From Tubulanus polymorphus (Eukaryota; Animalia; Nemertea), in the NCBI RefSeq assembly GCF_964204645.1, contig NC_134027.1:3070485-3134484 (forward strand): a stretch of DNA of 64,000 nt, given 5' to 3'. The position numbers and the translations under genes were made by a program. The notes below the pieces were generated by a model. It had not been told where the DNA came from. It worked only from the letters and a program-made list of their open reading frames with translations, and searched no databases. Within the stretch, counting starts at the first letter, position 1, and each line of letters starts with the position of its first letter. Positions 24,201-40,366 of the stretch are shown here, piece after piece.

Positions 24201-27200
24201 CGCGATTCTTCGCGGTAGCCACGTGGTTGGCATAGCTCCTTCCGGTACTGGAAAAACGCTTGCGTACTTAGTACCATTACTGTCTCAGCTGATTCAGAAG
24301 AGTTTGTATGAGCAACTACCAGAAGGAAAATGGGTAAGTTACCGAAATAGAAATGTAAAGCGAATAGAAAACTAACTGATCGGTTATTACAATACAATTA
24401 TTATAATTTCATACTGAATAAAACGATTTATCCTGATCCCCAGGACCTTGTTCCACAGTCGTGAGTTAAGATTTGACCCTGAGTAAAACATTGAAAACGA
24501 ACTAATTTTAACTCAGAGTTAACTCTGATCCACTGAATATCCCTTAAAACCGATTATATGTATCTACGTATTTCAGCCTAAAGCTATTATTCTGAGTCCG
24601 TCTTATAAGAATTGCTGGAACATATCGGATGTCATAAATTCATTGGTCGGAGCACATCCTGCTGTAAAAGCATTGGTCATACATGCAGTAGATTGTGAGG
24701 AGTCTCAGCAGGTGAGTAACTCCACTGATACATCGTCGTCCACAAAACCATCTTTATTCTATAATTTCTTCGATTTATTTATTTTTAGATCAAATTGATC
24801 AACGGTTGTGATTTGTTAGTGGCGACTCCTCACTGTTTGTTGAGAATGTTATCCAATCAGTTTATGGATCTGTCTCGGTTGTGTCACCTGGTATTGGACG
24901 ACGCGCACGTACTAACCGAACAATTTACCGATCAGATACGGGAGATAATGACGTTGTATCGGTTTGCAGTGCAGGATTTCAATACTCGTCCGACCCCTAT
25001 GCAAAAACTAATGTTCGCATCTCAATGGACGCGTGGAATTAACTCGTTCATGGAAGCCTACATGAATGATCCGATTGTCTATATCACATCTCAGTTTGAA
25101 ATGTCTGTGTACGGAAATGTGAAACCGGTACGTTTGATATGTTTATGTTTATTTTGTTAAATAACGAAATTTACAATACCCTGTCGCCGGGACATTAAAG
25201 ATAAAGAGTGCAGTGTCTCCTGTATGTATATGTGAAGCATTGGTCTTTGGCTGCTCTAATAATGTTGAGAAGTCTCTTATACCACAGAAATTTCAAAAAA
25301 CTGTATTCAAAAGATCTACCTCATATTTCGATGAAAAAAGTAATGTCAAGAAAAATGTATGTAGACTTCTGCAAGATGATTGACGATCTTGGATACCAGT
25401 AGATCGGATGTGCTTCTGAGCCATAGTAATTGAAAAAACTCTATATTTTGTCAATACTTAATTCTTTAAAGCTTGCGATATCATTTTCTCCGTGTAGGTT
25501 TTGCACCAGTGCGACGATGCTCACTTGAACACAACGATTCTAGATATCTTGAATAATCTGGATGATGAAACGAAAGTCGTAGCGTTAACTAAAGAACAGA
25601 AACAAGCAGAACAAATTTACAAGGTTCGAGTACCCGATAATTTCGATAATATGTTTGAAATATGTTGTGAATATGGCGTCTATTTGTTCTTCATCCACAG
25701 TTGTTGATGGCTCAAAGTAGATATGCATTGTTGTGTACACACACAATGGTAACGTCTGATGTTTGTGAAATGATTCGTAGATGGAAACAAGCCAATAATT
25801 CGCAATCTCGTCCTGTTCTTAGTGAGTCATTTCTTCGTTATTATTGGTAACTGATGATTCCCAGTTGAATGTTTACAACGTGTGGATTTGATTTACAGTC
25901 ATGACTGATGGTTGTGTGCCAGAAATTCAACTAAAGGATGCAAACTGCATAGTGCATTGCGACTTACCAACAGAGAGTAAAACCAAATTTGGACGTCGGC
26001 TCGGATTAATGTCAGACTATTTCAAACCTGGGGTAACTTTACGCGGTGCTATTCATTTTCAGTTGTTAAATGATTCAGTATTATACATGGTTTATATGTT
26101 TGTTTCAGTCACCGATTTGTACACAGCATATAATAGTGACTGAGAAATGCGGGCGTCAGGTTGACACGTTGGTTAGATATTTAAAACGTGTTGGTGAGGA
26201 ACCAACAAAAAAACTCCTAAAATTGTCTCATGACTGGATTTGGGTAAATATTCGTTCTAACGTCAAATATGCTTAGAATAGTTCATTTTACTGATATATT
26301 TAACTTTGAATTCATATCGTCTATTCTCACTTTCAGAAAAAGGAGGAAAATAAATCCGAACAATTGTTGTGCCATTATCTGAAAGCATTTGGAGCATGCC
26401 GCGATATAAACAGTTGTAAATACCGTCATGTTCTGGCACCATCTGATGTTCAAGTGCTCCCTACATCTGGAGAAGTGAAGGTATCATTGTCTAAAGTTTA
26501 TTACATATAATGATTATTTCATGATAAGATTACTTTGTTTATGCCAGCAGTATGAGTCAAGGCTTAGATCTAAGACCTTTTTCATCTGAATTTGAGTTCC
26601 TGAATTTGTTCAAACATTTGTATTTTCATATTCAACCAGGTTTTGATAATAAATGTAAAGAATGCCTCGCAGTATTATGTAAGATTACTTGAACACCGCC
26701 GTGGTAATGAGGTTCTCAATCACTTTGGTTCTGAATACGTCAACATTGTGCTGAGGATTGCTGAATATTATGGAGATCCATCAAATCAACATAGTCTCAG
26801 TAAGATTTCAGTCAATCTCAACGTTTAACATAATTATGCATGTATTTCAAGAGAATTGGTAATGAAATGTAAGCATTGATTTCATACAGATGTTCCGGCT
26901 GAAGGTGATATGTGCGTTGTTGAAGATAACATTGGAACATTTCATCGAGCAAAAATTATGAAATTGTATGAAAAGGAAGGTGTAGTTGAAACTGTGCAGG
27001 TATGTATGGGTATCATAGATTCAGATGCCCTTCAACAAAGATTTTTTTTATTTATTGGAGTGTCATAATGGGGCTGCTGTCCCTAACACTTAATCCTGAG
27101 ATCTATTGTAAGGGGACATGAATAAGGAGCAGCATTTCTTTATATGACACCAGTATAGATTTTATATTATGCACACAGTTTGTGGTTTTAATGCTTACAC

Positions 27201-30200
27201 TTATTCATGTTACTATTTCACAGGTATTCTACATTGATGATGGCACTGAAAAAACAGTCAAAACAAGCAACTTATACAAACTTCCAGCCGATCTTTTAGA
27301 ATTACCAGCACAAGCTGTAGAAGTATATGTATGTCGAGTGAAACCTGTTGACAAGGACATAGATTGGACGCCAAAGGTGCAACATATTTCTCATTAGTTC
27401 CCTATTCCTTATATTTCATTGGATATCTTATAATAAATGAAAATGCGATTGTGATTTTATTCAGGTTAGCACATTCGTTCATGCATTGGCTTTCGGAAAG
27501 GAAATAGATGGTAAAGTCGTTTTAAGGTAGTTATTAAAAGGTGCAAGTGGTTAAAATATTCTGCGAGGAAACATGAAATAATATTTGATTTCTCTTTTTC
27601 AGTTTGGGCCATACTATGTGGCTCGATCCTATGGTTGAGCGAAGCAGATTAAAATCGATCAAATCGATTTCACATAATTTCAATATCCGTAATGAATTGC
27701 TACAAAACAATTTTGCCGATGACAATCCTACAGTAAGGATTGCACGATACAATTGAGTAGATGAAGATGTGACAAGAACAGTCAAAATATATTTCAATTA
27801 TTGATCATTTCAGCATATAAAATGTTTATACAAACTATGCGAGGGACGCGTTCGTATTCCAGTAGCTGATCGCCAACAAAGCAGGTGAGTACTTCATTTT
27901 AGGGTTTTTCTCAATATTTCAATGAGTAACTAAAGTATTCCTTTACTTCCTCTGAAGTTGATATAAGATTTTCTAAGTAGGCTGACCTAATCACTCTGTC
28001 ATGCGAATGCTTACTGAGTAACTAACTGTAAGGTTGTGTGTTACAGGTCACTGGGTACTCAGAGAAGGTTAGATACGGAGATATTACCACAATCAGTTGA
28101 TCGCCACATTGTTTATTTGAGTGCTGTAAATACACCAGAGTTTCTGTTTGTCCAAAAAGTGGATACTTTCAATCGGTAATTAGATAGGTTTTCGATGTCT
28201 GAAATTATGAAATCGTTTAACACTGTCATCATGAGCAGTTCACACATGACTTGATTAATATAAATATTCACTATTAAGGGTATCTAACTAACTCGAGTAA
28301 TGCAAAAGGTACCAGTCTGTAAACAATATGATGATTTTAGATTGGAAGCGATGATGCAAGAAATCAACTCTGACTCTGATCTGCCTGGTACTATTGAAAG
28401 ATCGCTTATATCAATGGATATGTTGTGTTTGGCGAAATTCTCAATAGATAACAGGTAAGTGTTGCTGGTGTAAATTTGTTCGAATGGCGAACTGATTGTT
28501 CCCAATCAGCAGTATATTGATTGAATTGAACAGGTGGTACCGTGCTCGAGTGATATGTGAACGAGATGGACTATATGAAGTTTTCTTCATTGATTACGGA
28601 GACAAGGAATTCGTAAAGTATGAGGATATTCTACATCTACCTGCCAAGTATACAATCCTGCCAATGCAAGCAATTGAATGCAAACTAGTCAGTGTTGATC
28701 CTAAAGGTATGTCTTGGTGTTCTGGTCTAGTCTTGCCTTGTAATGCTTGAATCTAAATTCCCTGTTATTGTATTTGCCAGGTGTGAAATGGGACGATGAA
28801 GTGGATGATATTATCTGGGAGTGGAGTCATGAAGTTGGGAATGATGATGAATTGATAAATATTGAAGTTTCTGCTGAGGTATCGATTTGTATCAGTGAAC
28901 TACATGTATTTTAAACTAGGCATTTTCATGATTCTGTTGTTTAACTTAAGATTTATTTTTCATAGTGTAAGATGCAAGATACATGTGAACCTCAGTACTC
29001 TGGTCATCACAAGTATGTGATTGATTTGTATGACTATGAAAGACAGCTATCTCGACACCTAGTGAAGACAGGATTCGCTGTAGCATCACTTGACACTGCT
29101 CTGGTAAATATTGGTATTTTAACAGTAAACATATTTTCCTTGGATCATTTTCCATATGGCTCACTAAATGTCACTTAATTCTACACATTTCCTCATTAAA
29201 GGAAATATTTCCCGAATCACTATTGAGATTAGAGGAGAACCATGAAGTAAAATCAATACCGTACCTATGCGCAAAATTAGTGAGAGAGGAGGTATTTATG
29301 TTAAATTTATAGATTTAGATAGTTCAACTTGCCTACATTGTTAAATGATCATAAAATGATAGATGTATAATATTTTTAGGTGAATTTGAATCAGCTTCAA
29401 ATTGCGATGGATATCAAGAGCCGAGTAGATGAATTGACTGAAGTCAGTAATGGAGGTGATATCATCTATTATCTGTCACAACTTGTACAGTATGTCGATG
29501 AAGGAGGAAGTGTTTTGGAATCTCTGTTAGAATCTCTAAATGCTCTTGTCAGAAACTCAGAAAGGTAATTTTTGCTTTACCAGACCTAACCACTCCGGTT
29601 CCTGGTCTTAAAGTTTTTGTCTGATAATTGTAGTTTGCTTGAAGAGGTTCACAGCCAAGGTGGAATTGGAGCCATTTGTCGCACATTTCATAAGGTACAA
29701 AATTTCTGCAATATTTTAGACTCCAAATTCCATATTATTATTCATCGGCCATTCACTGGCGATTTCATTTATAGACCAAGTCTGATGGAGTGAGGCAACT
29801 AATGTCGGAACTCTTCATAATTCTGGTTTCATCATGCGAGTATGTACTTACTTTATATTATGCCAAGTATTTGCGAATATTTTATATAAAACTATGTTTG
29901 TCAGCATCTAATCCTCATTTCAGAAATCTGAATCAAATTCATCAGTGTAATGGAATTCAAAGTTTATGTTTACAGCTTAGCCTTGCAGAGCATGACATGG
30001 TTTGTATCTTGGCATGTTAAATCATTGGGTGTAAAAGTCTTCCATTGATTTTTTGTATCAAAATATTATCTGCATATTTTTCAGACACGTGCAATGATGT
30101 TGAATGCTTTACAGTATTTGCAAGAGCAAGATGCTAGGTACATTTGCGCATGAATGAATACAAAGTTTTATCTTTTGCAATAAATGTACATGAATTAATG

Positions 30201-32518
30201 TGAGTAATCATTTTTCCTGTGGTTTTATAGGTTCAACGGTGTAATTATGTCAGAATTAGACAAATTATCTCATATTCTGACGGTTTCAAAATCTAAAGAT
30301 GTGTTGATTACATGTATTATGATCATGGAGCAAATAGTTCAGAGATCTGAGTGAGTATGATAATCATTTCATTGAGGAATTTGAATTGTTTCAATGAAGA
30401 ATGTCATCGATATGTATTTATTTATTTTATGTTACATTACTTCATTGGATCTGTAGAAATACTGAGGCTTTCGGTACTAAAAATGGTATCAGTTCACTTT
30501 GCCGTTTGTTGGATAAAACAAAACATAGTAAGGTATGTTATTGCTTTAATGGTTTAATTTGTAATTAATTCGCTTTAAAAGAGATATTTAGTAGCATTGA
30601 AACTTGGGTTTCATCAATTAGTTGGAAGTTCAAATTACGTACTGGTAAATTTGACTCCTCTTAACTCAAATGCTCTCAAGTCAAATTATTTCTTAACTTG
30701 AACACAAATCTAGAACCATTAGAACAGAATTTGAATTCTAACTTGAATCTTCGCCAAAATCGAACAAAAGTCACTGGTCTGAATTGATTCTCACGTTTGA
30801 CCATAAATGAAAGAGATAGAAAATTGTGGATTGTTGTCAATTTTGTTTTTATTTTCAAATAGGTTATAATAAGTGTGGTAAACTTGCTTGGTTTGTTGAG
30901 AAACAGAACAAAAGCCCATCGTCAAGCCATGTTCACATGTGGACTACCTGAAATACTACAAAGGTGAGCAAAATTTCTTCATTTCATTCAAGAAACATGT
31001 GTAAGGTTATGATGACGAATATAGATGTTATTTTCTAGGTTATCCAAGGGAACATGTTCTAATGAATCCAAGAAAGCATGCGATTTTCTTTGGAAAGCCA
31101 TGGATCCTAGCGCCTCACAAACAATCTCACTATTCAAGCCTATGAAGTATGTTTTTTATATGCCCATCATCATCATCTATTCTAAACACATAAATGAAAT
31201 ATGATCACTATGTAAATAATGAACTTTTGCAGGATTAACCCAAGTACCGGTAGTAATAAATGTACCGAAAATATGCCACTGTCTAAGGATGAAGAAAGTG
31301 AACAGTATCGGAAGGAATTGGCTTCAAAGAGGTGGATTGTGTGTGAAAAAGTATCTAAATGACTGATCACCTTTTTTTAGTCAAACACTAATAAAATGCG
31401 TGTTCAATCATTTCAGCGTCCACCCCGAAGTGTCTTGGTCACAAAATAAACAACGAATTTTACTCGAAATCAAAGTCAGAGGAGCCAAAAGAATCTCAAT
31501 GCTAGTTGAAGGGAAATCTTTCAAATTCAGGCGAGTATTTCATTTACACCTTTCTACAATATTCTCCTGATTGCTGGGTGGATCGTATCAATTTCGGTTT
31601 TTTTTTTTTACAGTACGACAGTTGATTTCATTCATTATTTTTTGGATCTGGAAATGTTCGATGAACTCGTGAGAGAGAAATGTTACTCCGTTATTCGTGG
31701 AACAATTCTTATTTCACTGAGGAAACAAGAAAATAAACGCTGGCCATATTTGCTGTTCAATCGACTGAAGGTATGCATGTAGTTTAAATGAATAAATTCA
31801 TCAGAAATCAGTAGTTTGTTATATATTATTTGATTATGTTGTTTGTTCGCAGCCGTGTTATCTGCATGTCGACTATGACCGTTATATCGGTTCATCCTCG
31901 GAGACTGATGCTGAACAATCAGACGATCAATCTAATCCATTCGTTCTCAGCAGTAGAAGTAAGTAAACCGTACCGTGTACTACTGGTACTTCGAGAAGCA
32001 GAATGGCCGAGTGTTTCGAGCGCTCCACGTTAGGTTGCTAATTTTGTCATATTAGGCTAAAAAAAATTGATACCTTGTTTCTCCGCTCTGCTGAGCTTAA
32101 ATGTTGACCCGGCCGGCCGCCTATCTACCCTATACATTACTTTTTTTTAAATCGCGATCAATTTTACCATAACAGACCCGGCCGCTGTAGAAATGAACTG
32201 TTTACAAATTTTATCATATTTTACAAAAATGACCCGGCCGCTGCGGAGAAACAAGGTATCATTTTTGTTTAGCCTTACATGAATTGATATTGAATCGTTG
32301 TAGGTCGAGACACTATTCCGTGGGATCGTTACTCCAATAATGGTAGAGAGATGGTCAGCGAAGCTATGCCAGAATTCATGTACAACGGAAGACATCCGGG
32401 ATCCGATTCGGCAACAACCAGTGATGAAGAAATCGATAATCCTCACAATTTCGTCGAGAAAAAAGATCCCTACCACGACATGTTGAATGAAATGTTATTA
32501 AATTCTCCTCGATACTAA
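21228..32518 (+). CDS. TDRD12: Tudor domain-containing protein 12-like (piRNA pathway): Tudor, disordered linker, degenerate DEAD-box helicase, C3H knuckle, Tudor, Tudor, ARM-like repeats, CS (p23) domain; ~40 coding exons
   Basis: Starts MELCILE|VIDAGHFVA. Contains Q motif and Walker A (IQAYTWPAILRG...APSGTGKT), motif II LVLDDAH, LCHYLKAFGACRDINSCKYRH, Tudor cores FHRAKI...VFYIDDG and WYRARV...VFFIDYGD, and CS domain HPEVSWSQNKQRILLEIKV...WPYLL. Stop TAA at 32516-32518. One continuous frame can be traced through the splice sites. Confidence 0.88.
22383..22597. mobile_element. Decayed MITE with TCAGGGAA subrepeats in a TDRD12 intron
   Basis: Imperfect inverted ends (GATCAGGGAAT ... ATTCCCTGATC) and several internal TCAGG(G)AA units. 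Confidence 0.5.
27053..27155. mobile_element. Small decayed inverted-repeat element in a TDRD12 intron
   Basis: TATTGGAGTGTCATAA...GCTGCT pairs imperfectly with AGCAGC...TATGACACCAGTA. Confidence 0.35.
32055..32274. mobile_element. PIF/Harbinger (Tourist-like) MITE in the last TDRD12 intron
   Basis: ~32-bp TIRs GGCTAAAAAAAATTGATACCTTGTTTCTCCGC and GCGGAGAAACAAGGTATCATTTTTGTTTAGCC. TTA is duplicated on both flanks and there are three internal GACCCGGCCG units. Confidence 0.8.
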
Positions 32519-33573
32519 ATAGATAAATTCTATTAAGTTCTAAATTATGTAGTTGTTTTTTGTCTGCATTGTTGAGGAATGAGAGAGGATAACCAGCATT
32601 TATGAAACTCAACTGTCGTACCGTTAACTATCCCGCACTAAGAATTAGGCCTACGTGTTACGACAAACAGACAATTAATTTGGGATGGCCTGATCAATAC
32701 GATCAAGTTTCTCAGCCAAGCTTAATGTGGCCCCTGAAGTGTTTAGTCCAACGTGTATTCATCCAACTCAACTTTAAACTGCCATCATAATCCATTGTTT
32801 TGAATAATAAACATGAGCCAGTGTTCTTATTAACCTGGTGTGCATCATGTCTTCGTTTCACCAGGGAAGTGTGATGACACTTCCCTGATTATATCAACGG
32901 CAAAACAGATACGACTGCACGTTACACTTGGCCTGTTGACAGTTGTTGACGCTCATAGTATGACCAGCTAGAAGTACAGCAGGCTTAACTACAATTCATA
33001 AAGCCGCCATTTTGGATCTTTCAAGTTCATGGAAGTGTGGGATTTTGATCATAAGGAGAGAGGACTCGTGGTCTATATACACTGAAAACGGATGATAATC
33101 GCCACAAGTAAAACATCGAGAAAAAGAGAACGCAAAATTTCACACTAAAGCTTTTCTTAACGGATGCAAGAACTTGTACATAATTGCCTAGGATTAAATA
33201 ACAGCAGGTAAGAAAACAAAATCAAATGTATTGTTTTCAAATTAAGTTATAAATGAAATCTTCTACTTAACAATGATTCAAAAGATTAAACAAAATTTCA
33301 TCAACAATATCATCTTTTCATTAGCAGTACGTAGAAAATAACCAGGCATTTACTTAAATCAACTAAAACTATAGGTATCATCAATAAAATTGTACAAAAA
33401 TAAGGTACATTTGCCGATAAAAAATAATTTAGATTGAATGAAAACATTAATATACAATATATTCTCTTATCACAGAGTTGGATCACAGTTGATTAATGCT
33501 TAGTTAGGTATGTACACAAAGCAGCACATTCTTACTGACGGTAACTAATTCAGAACTATCTACAGTTCATGAT

Positions 33574-35731
33574 TCACTGCTGATTTTCATTGCTGCCACG
33601 AAATCCAGACATCAGCACGGCCAGGTTTGTAGCTACTTCTCCTAATCGTCGACCTAATCCATGGATTTCTTGTAATTGTCTCATACGCCTGACGTGGTTT
33701 CCAGGAGAGACCGGTTCGGTTCCAATCGTAGGAGATGACGACTGAGTCAACTCACCTGAGAGAACATTCATTAGATTATGAAGCTGATGTCGTCCATCAC
33801 GAACTTGTGAACCTATTCGCAGAAACTGACGTTGTCGGACATCGTCCATAGGATTACGAGCTGTCGGTGTGCGGGGGACTGTCTGTCTAGCTGCAGCCGC
33901 TGGTGGAGACGCTGCCCGGGTTGTTATCTGTCTAGCTGCAGCCGCTGGTGGAGATGAAGGAGTTTGCAGTGAAGCACCACTCAATAAAGATGGATGAATA
34001 CGTGTGGTTTGAGGACGTGGTTGAGATGGAGGTCTCGGTACAGGTGCAAGGTTCTCGCTGCTCTCTTCTCTTACAATGGTGAAATTTCCTTCATTAGGAC
34101 GGGGTCGACTAAGGACACTTTGTTCGTTGGAATGCTCCGTGGTGTAAACTGAAGGTTGAGTGGATGTATCCTCGTTACTGATATCAGTAGGTGTTGATTC
34201 TGATACAGTGTTTTGTACTGTATTACTGGTATTATTATTTCTACGGAAGTTATTAGTCGGTACACGAGCTCTGCCGGTCAGTCGAGATTGAGTTGTGTTA
34301 TTTACTCTTGTTTGGCGTACAGTATTCTGAGCAGTTGCCGATGAATTTCTTCTTATTTCTTGTCTACCTTGCTGCTGTTGCTGCTGCTGTGAATTATTTC
34401 TACTCGTTGATGAACGTTGTGAGGTACGAGTATTACTCACTCGTCGAGCTGATGGACTGCGAGTGATTGGACTTGCAGATTGCAGCGGTGCTCGTCGTGG
34501 TTCCCGATTATCACCTCGGGTGTTGCTGTCTACAGCTGAATCCGATGGTCGTCTTTGATTACGTGTCGGTTGAGCCTGAGAACCTGCCAAACTAGCTGAG
34601 ATTAGGGACCGTCTACGTAAGGGAGGATTATTCACAGATCGCGTTGTTACCGTTTCTGCTGGCGTATTGTCGGTTATTTCATTAGCATCATCAGTTCCCG
34701 AATGAACAGCTCTATCGATAGATTCAACAGTCTCTATTTCATCACTGGCACCAGATCTAGGAGTTGGAACGGATAGAGTCTGATGCGGTTGTTGATCATG
34801 CGAAGGTGCAGTTCGCGTTGAGATGGAAGGAAGAGAGATCGGAGTCGGTGTCGCTACAATTCGATGTTCGTGTTCGTCATAATCTCGCAGGAAACCAGTC
34901 CAATTACAGTTCGATTCGATGCACTTCACTCTTTTGTGTTTGAGTTTGTTATTGATTTGATAGCAAGGCGTGTACTCGCCTTCAGCACGACACATCGGAC
35001 ACTTATCGCTTCCCTCTGATGTAGAACTTGTCGACCAAACAAATATGCATGGACCACAGAAATGATGCTTGTTAGTGCACTGTTTTGCCTCTTTGAGAAT
35101 TTGGTAACTGAAATTTGAATATGTTTCATCATTAGGCTAATAATGCCAAGTGATACATTGGGGATGGTCTCGTATCTCGCCAGCCAGAATTTATCAAGAA
35201 GTTGCATATTTTGACCAATTCGATATTATTCTAGTGAATGCTATTTTGCCATACAAGAAATTAATTTTTACAAATAGGGTAGCTGGGCCCATGAAATAGG
35301 TTAAAACTTGTCAACCAGTTAGAACTCGACGAATTTCTGGCAGCTATAATCGATGGTCTAGTGATTGGATGCTGCGATAGGAGGTAGGTTCAAGTCCCGA
35401 TATTTCAATAATTTCTCCAGCACCTTTTTGGCAACCCCACCCATCAGAATGAGACTCTTAAGCCAAGGCAAAATAGCATTTACTAGGATATTATCATATT
35501 AGCATAATATCCACCTCAAATACATTATCATAGTTACCAGATGCAACATTCAAACTCCTCCTTTTCCGTTTCTGTGAGAGTCAGGAAAATATCCTCGGAA
35601 TAACCTCCCGCTTTGACGTTACTGGCTGGAACGCTTATCGACGACAAAATACTATCCAAAACAGCAAATAAATTTGCTGTCATAACCAACTGGTTGAGTT
35701 CCAACCGTCGGAGGTCATCTGATAATGGCAT
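33574..35731 (-). CDS. RING-HC E3 ligase-like protein with adjacent TRAF/SIAH-type zinc finger and long disordered S/T/R/P-rich tail; coding exons 35731-35538 and 35107-33574
   Basis: Spliced reading GGYSEDIF...EFECCIC|YQILKEAKQCTNKHHFCGPCI...KCPMCR (C3HC4), then VKCIESNCNWTGFLRDYDEHEH. This is an RNF41/RNF151/PDZRN-type N-terminal layout; exact orthology not recognised. Confidence 0.8.
33882..33954. repeat. In-frame 45-bp-period duplication within the RING gene (SPPAAAARQ twice)
   Basis: TCTGTCTAGCTGCAGCCGCTGGTGGAGA is identical at 33882-33909 and 33927-33954. Confidence 0.9.
35350..35470 (+). mobile_element. tRNA-derived SINE fragment in the RING gene intron (antisense to the gene)
   Basis: A-box-like TGGTCTAGTG at 35354 and B-box GGTTCAAGTCC at 35387, with no intact cloverleaf. 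Confidence 0.45.
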
Positions 35732-36281
35732 CTTGATTCTTCAAAATAAAATAATAGAAGAAAGAAATTACAGTCACCTTAATTAACAATGTCAATAACA
35801 GTCAATGAGAACAAGATTTGAATGAAAAGTCCAAAGAGCGAGGTTTTAATACTTACTCCTCAATTGCATTCGTTTAACGTTGTTTAGCTGAGGGGAATAG
35901 ACTTCCAAGATTCACCTAAATCGCTGTATGTTTGTATATCATGCTGATCAAATGTTACATGATCAAAGATCTTGACACCTGGGAATTCCCTTAGCAGCTG
36001 GGTCACGTGACAACGCAAATAAATGACAATAGGTCAAATAATCTAAATATTTCACCTAGGCACTGTCAATTTTTTCTCCAACAATTAATTCAAAATATCT
36101 TATTAAATATTCAAAATCTACTTGCAACATGTATAACGAACAAACGATAAATAAATCACTCAGAATTGTAAACGCATTATAGATAGTATTTGACCTGTAT
36201 AAAATTTAAATGGCGGCCTCCATGTCTGGCAGGATTTTCAAATTTTCCGTTTAATTTCGTCGAATTCGGGAGCATTAAAAG
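35732..36281. promoter_or_regulatory. Bidirectional promoter region between the RING gene and TMEM209
   Basis: Divergent starts ~550 bp apart. YY1-like AAATGGCGGC at 36208 and E-box GTCACGTGAC at 36002. Confidence 0.55.

Positions 36282-40366
<4,085 letters not shown>

Noticed and set aside
24441-24535. GTTCCACAG-containing fragment similar to 560-577
   Set aside because: Probably remnants of a common small repeat, but too decayed to define ends.
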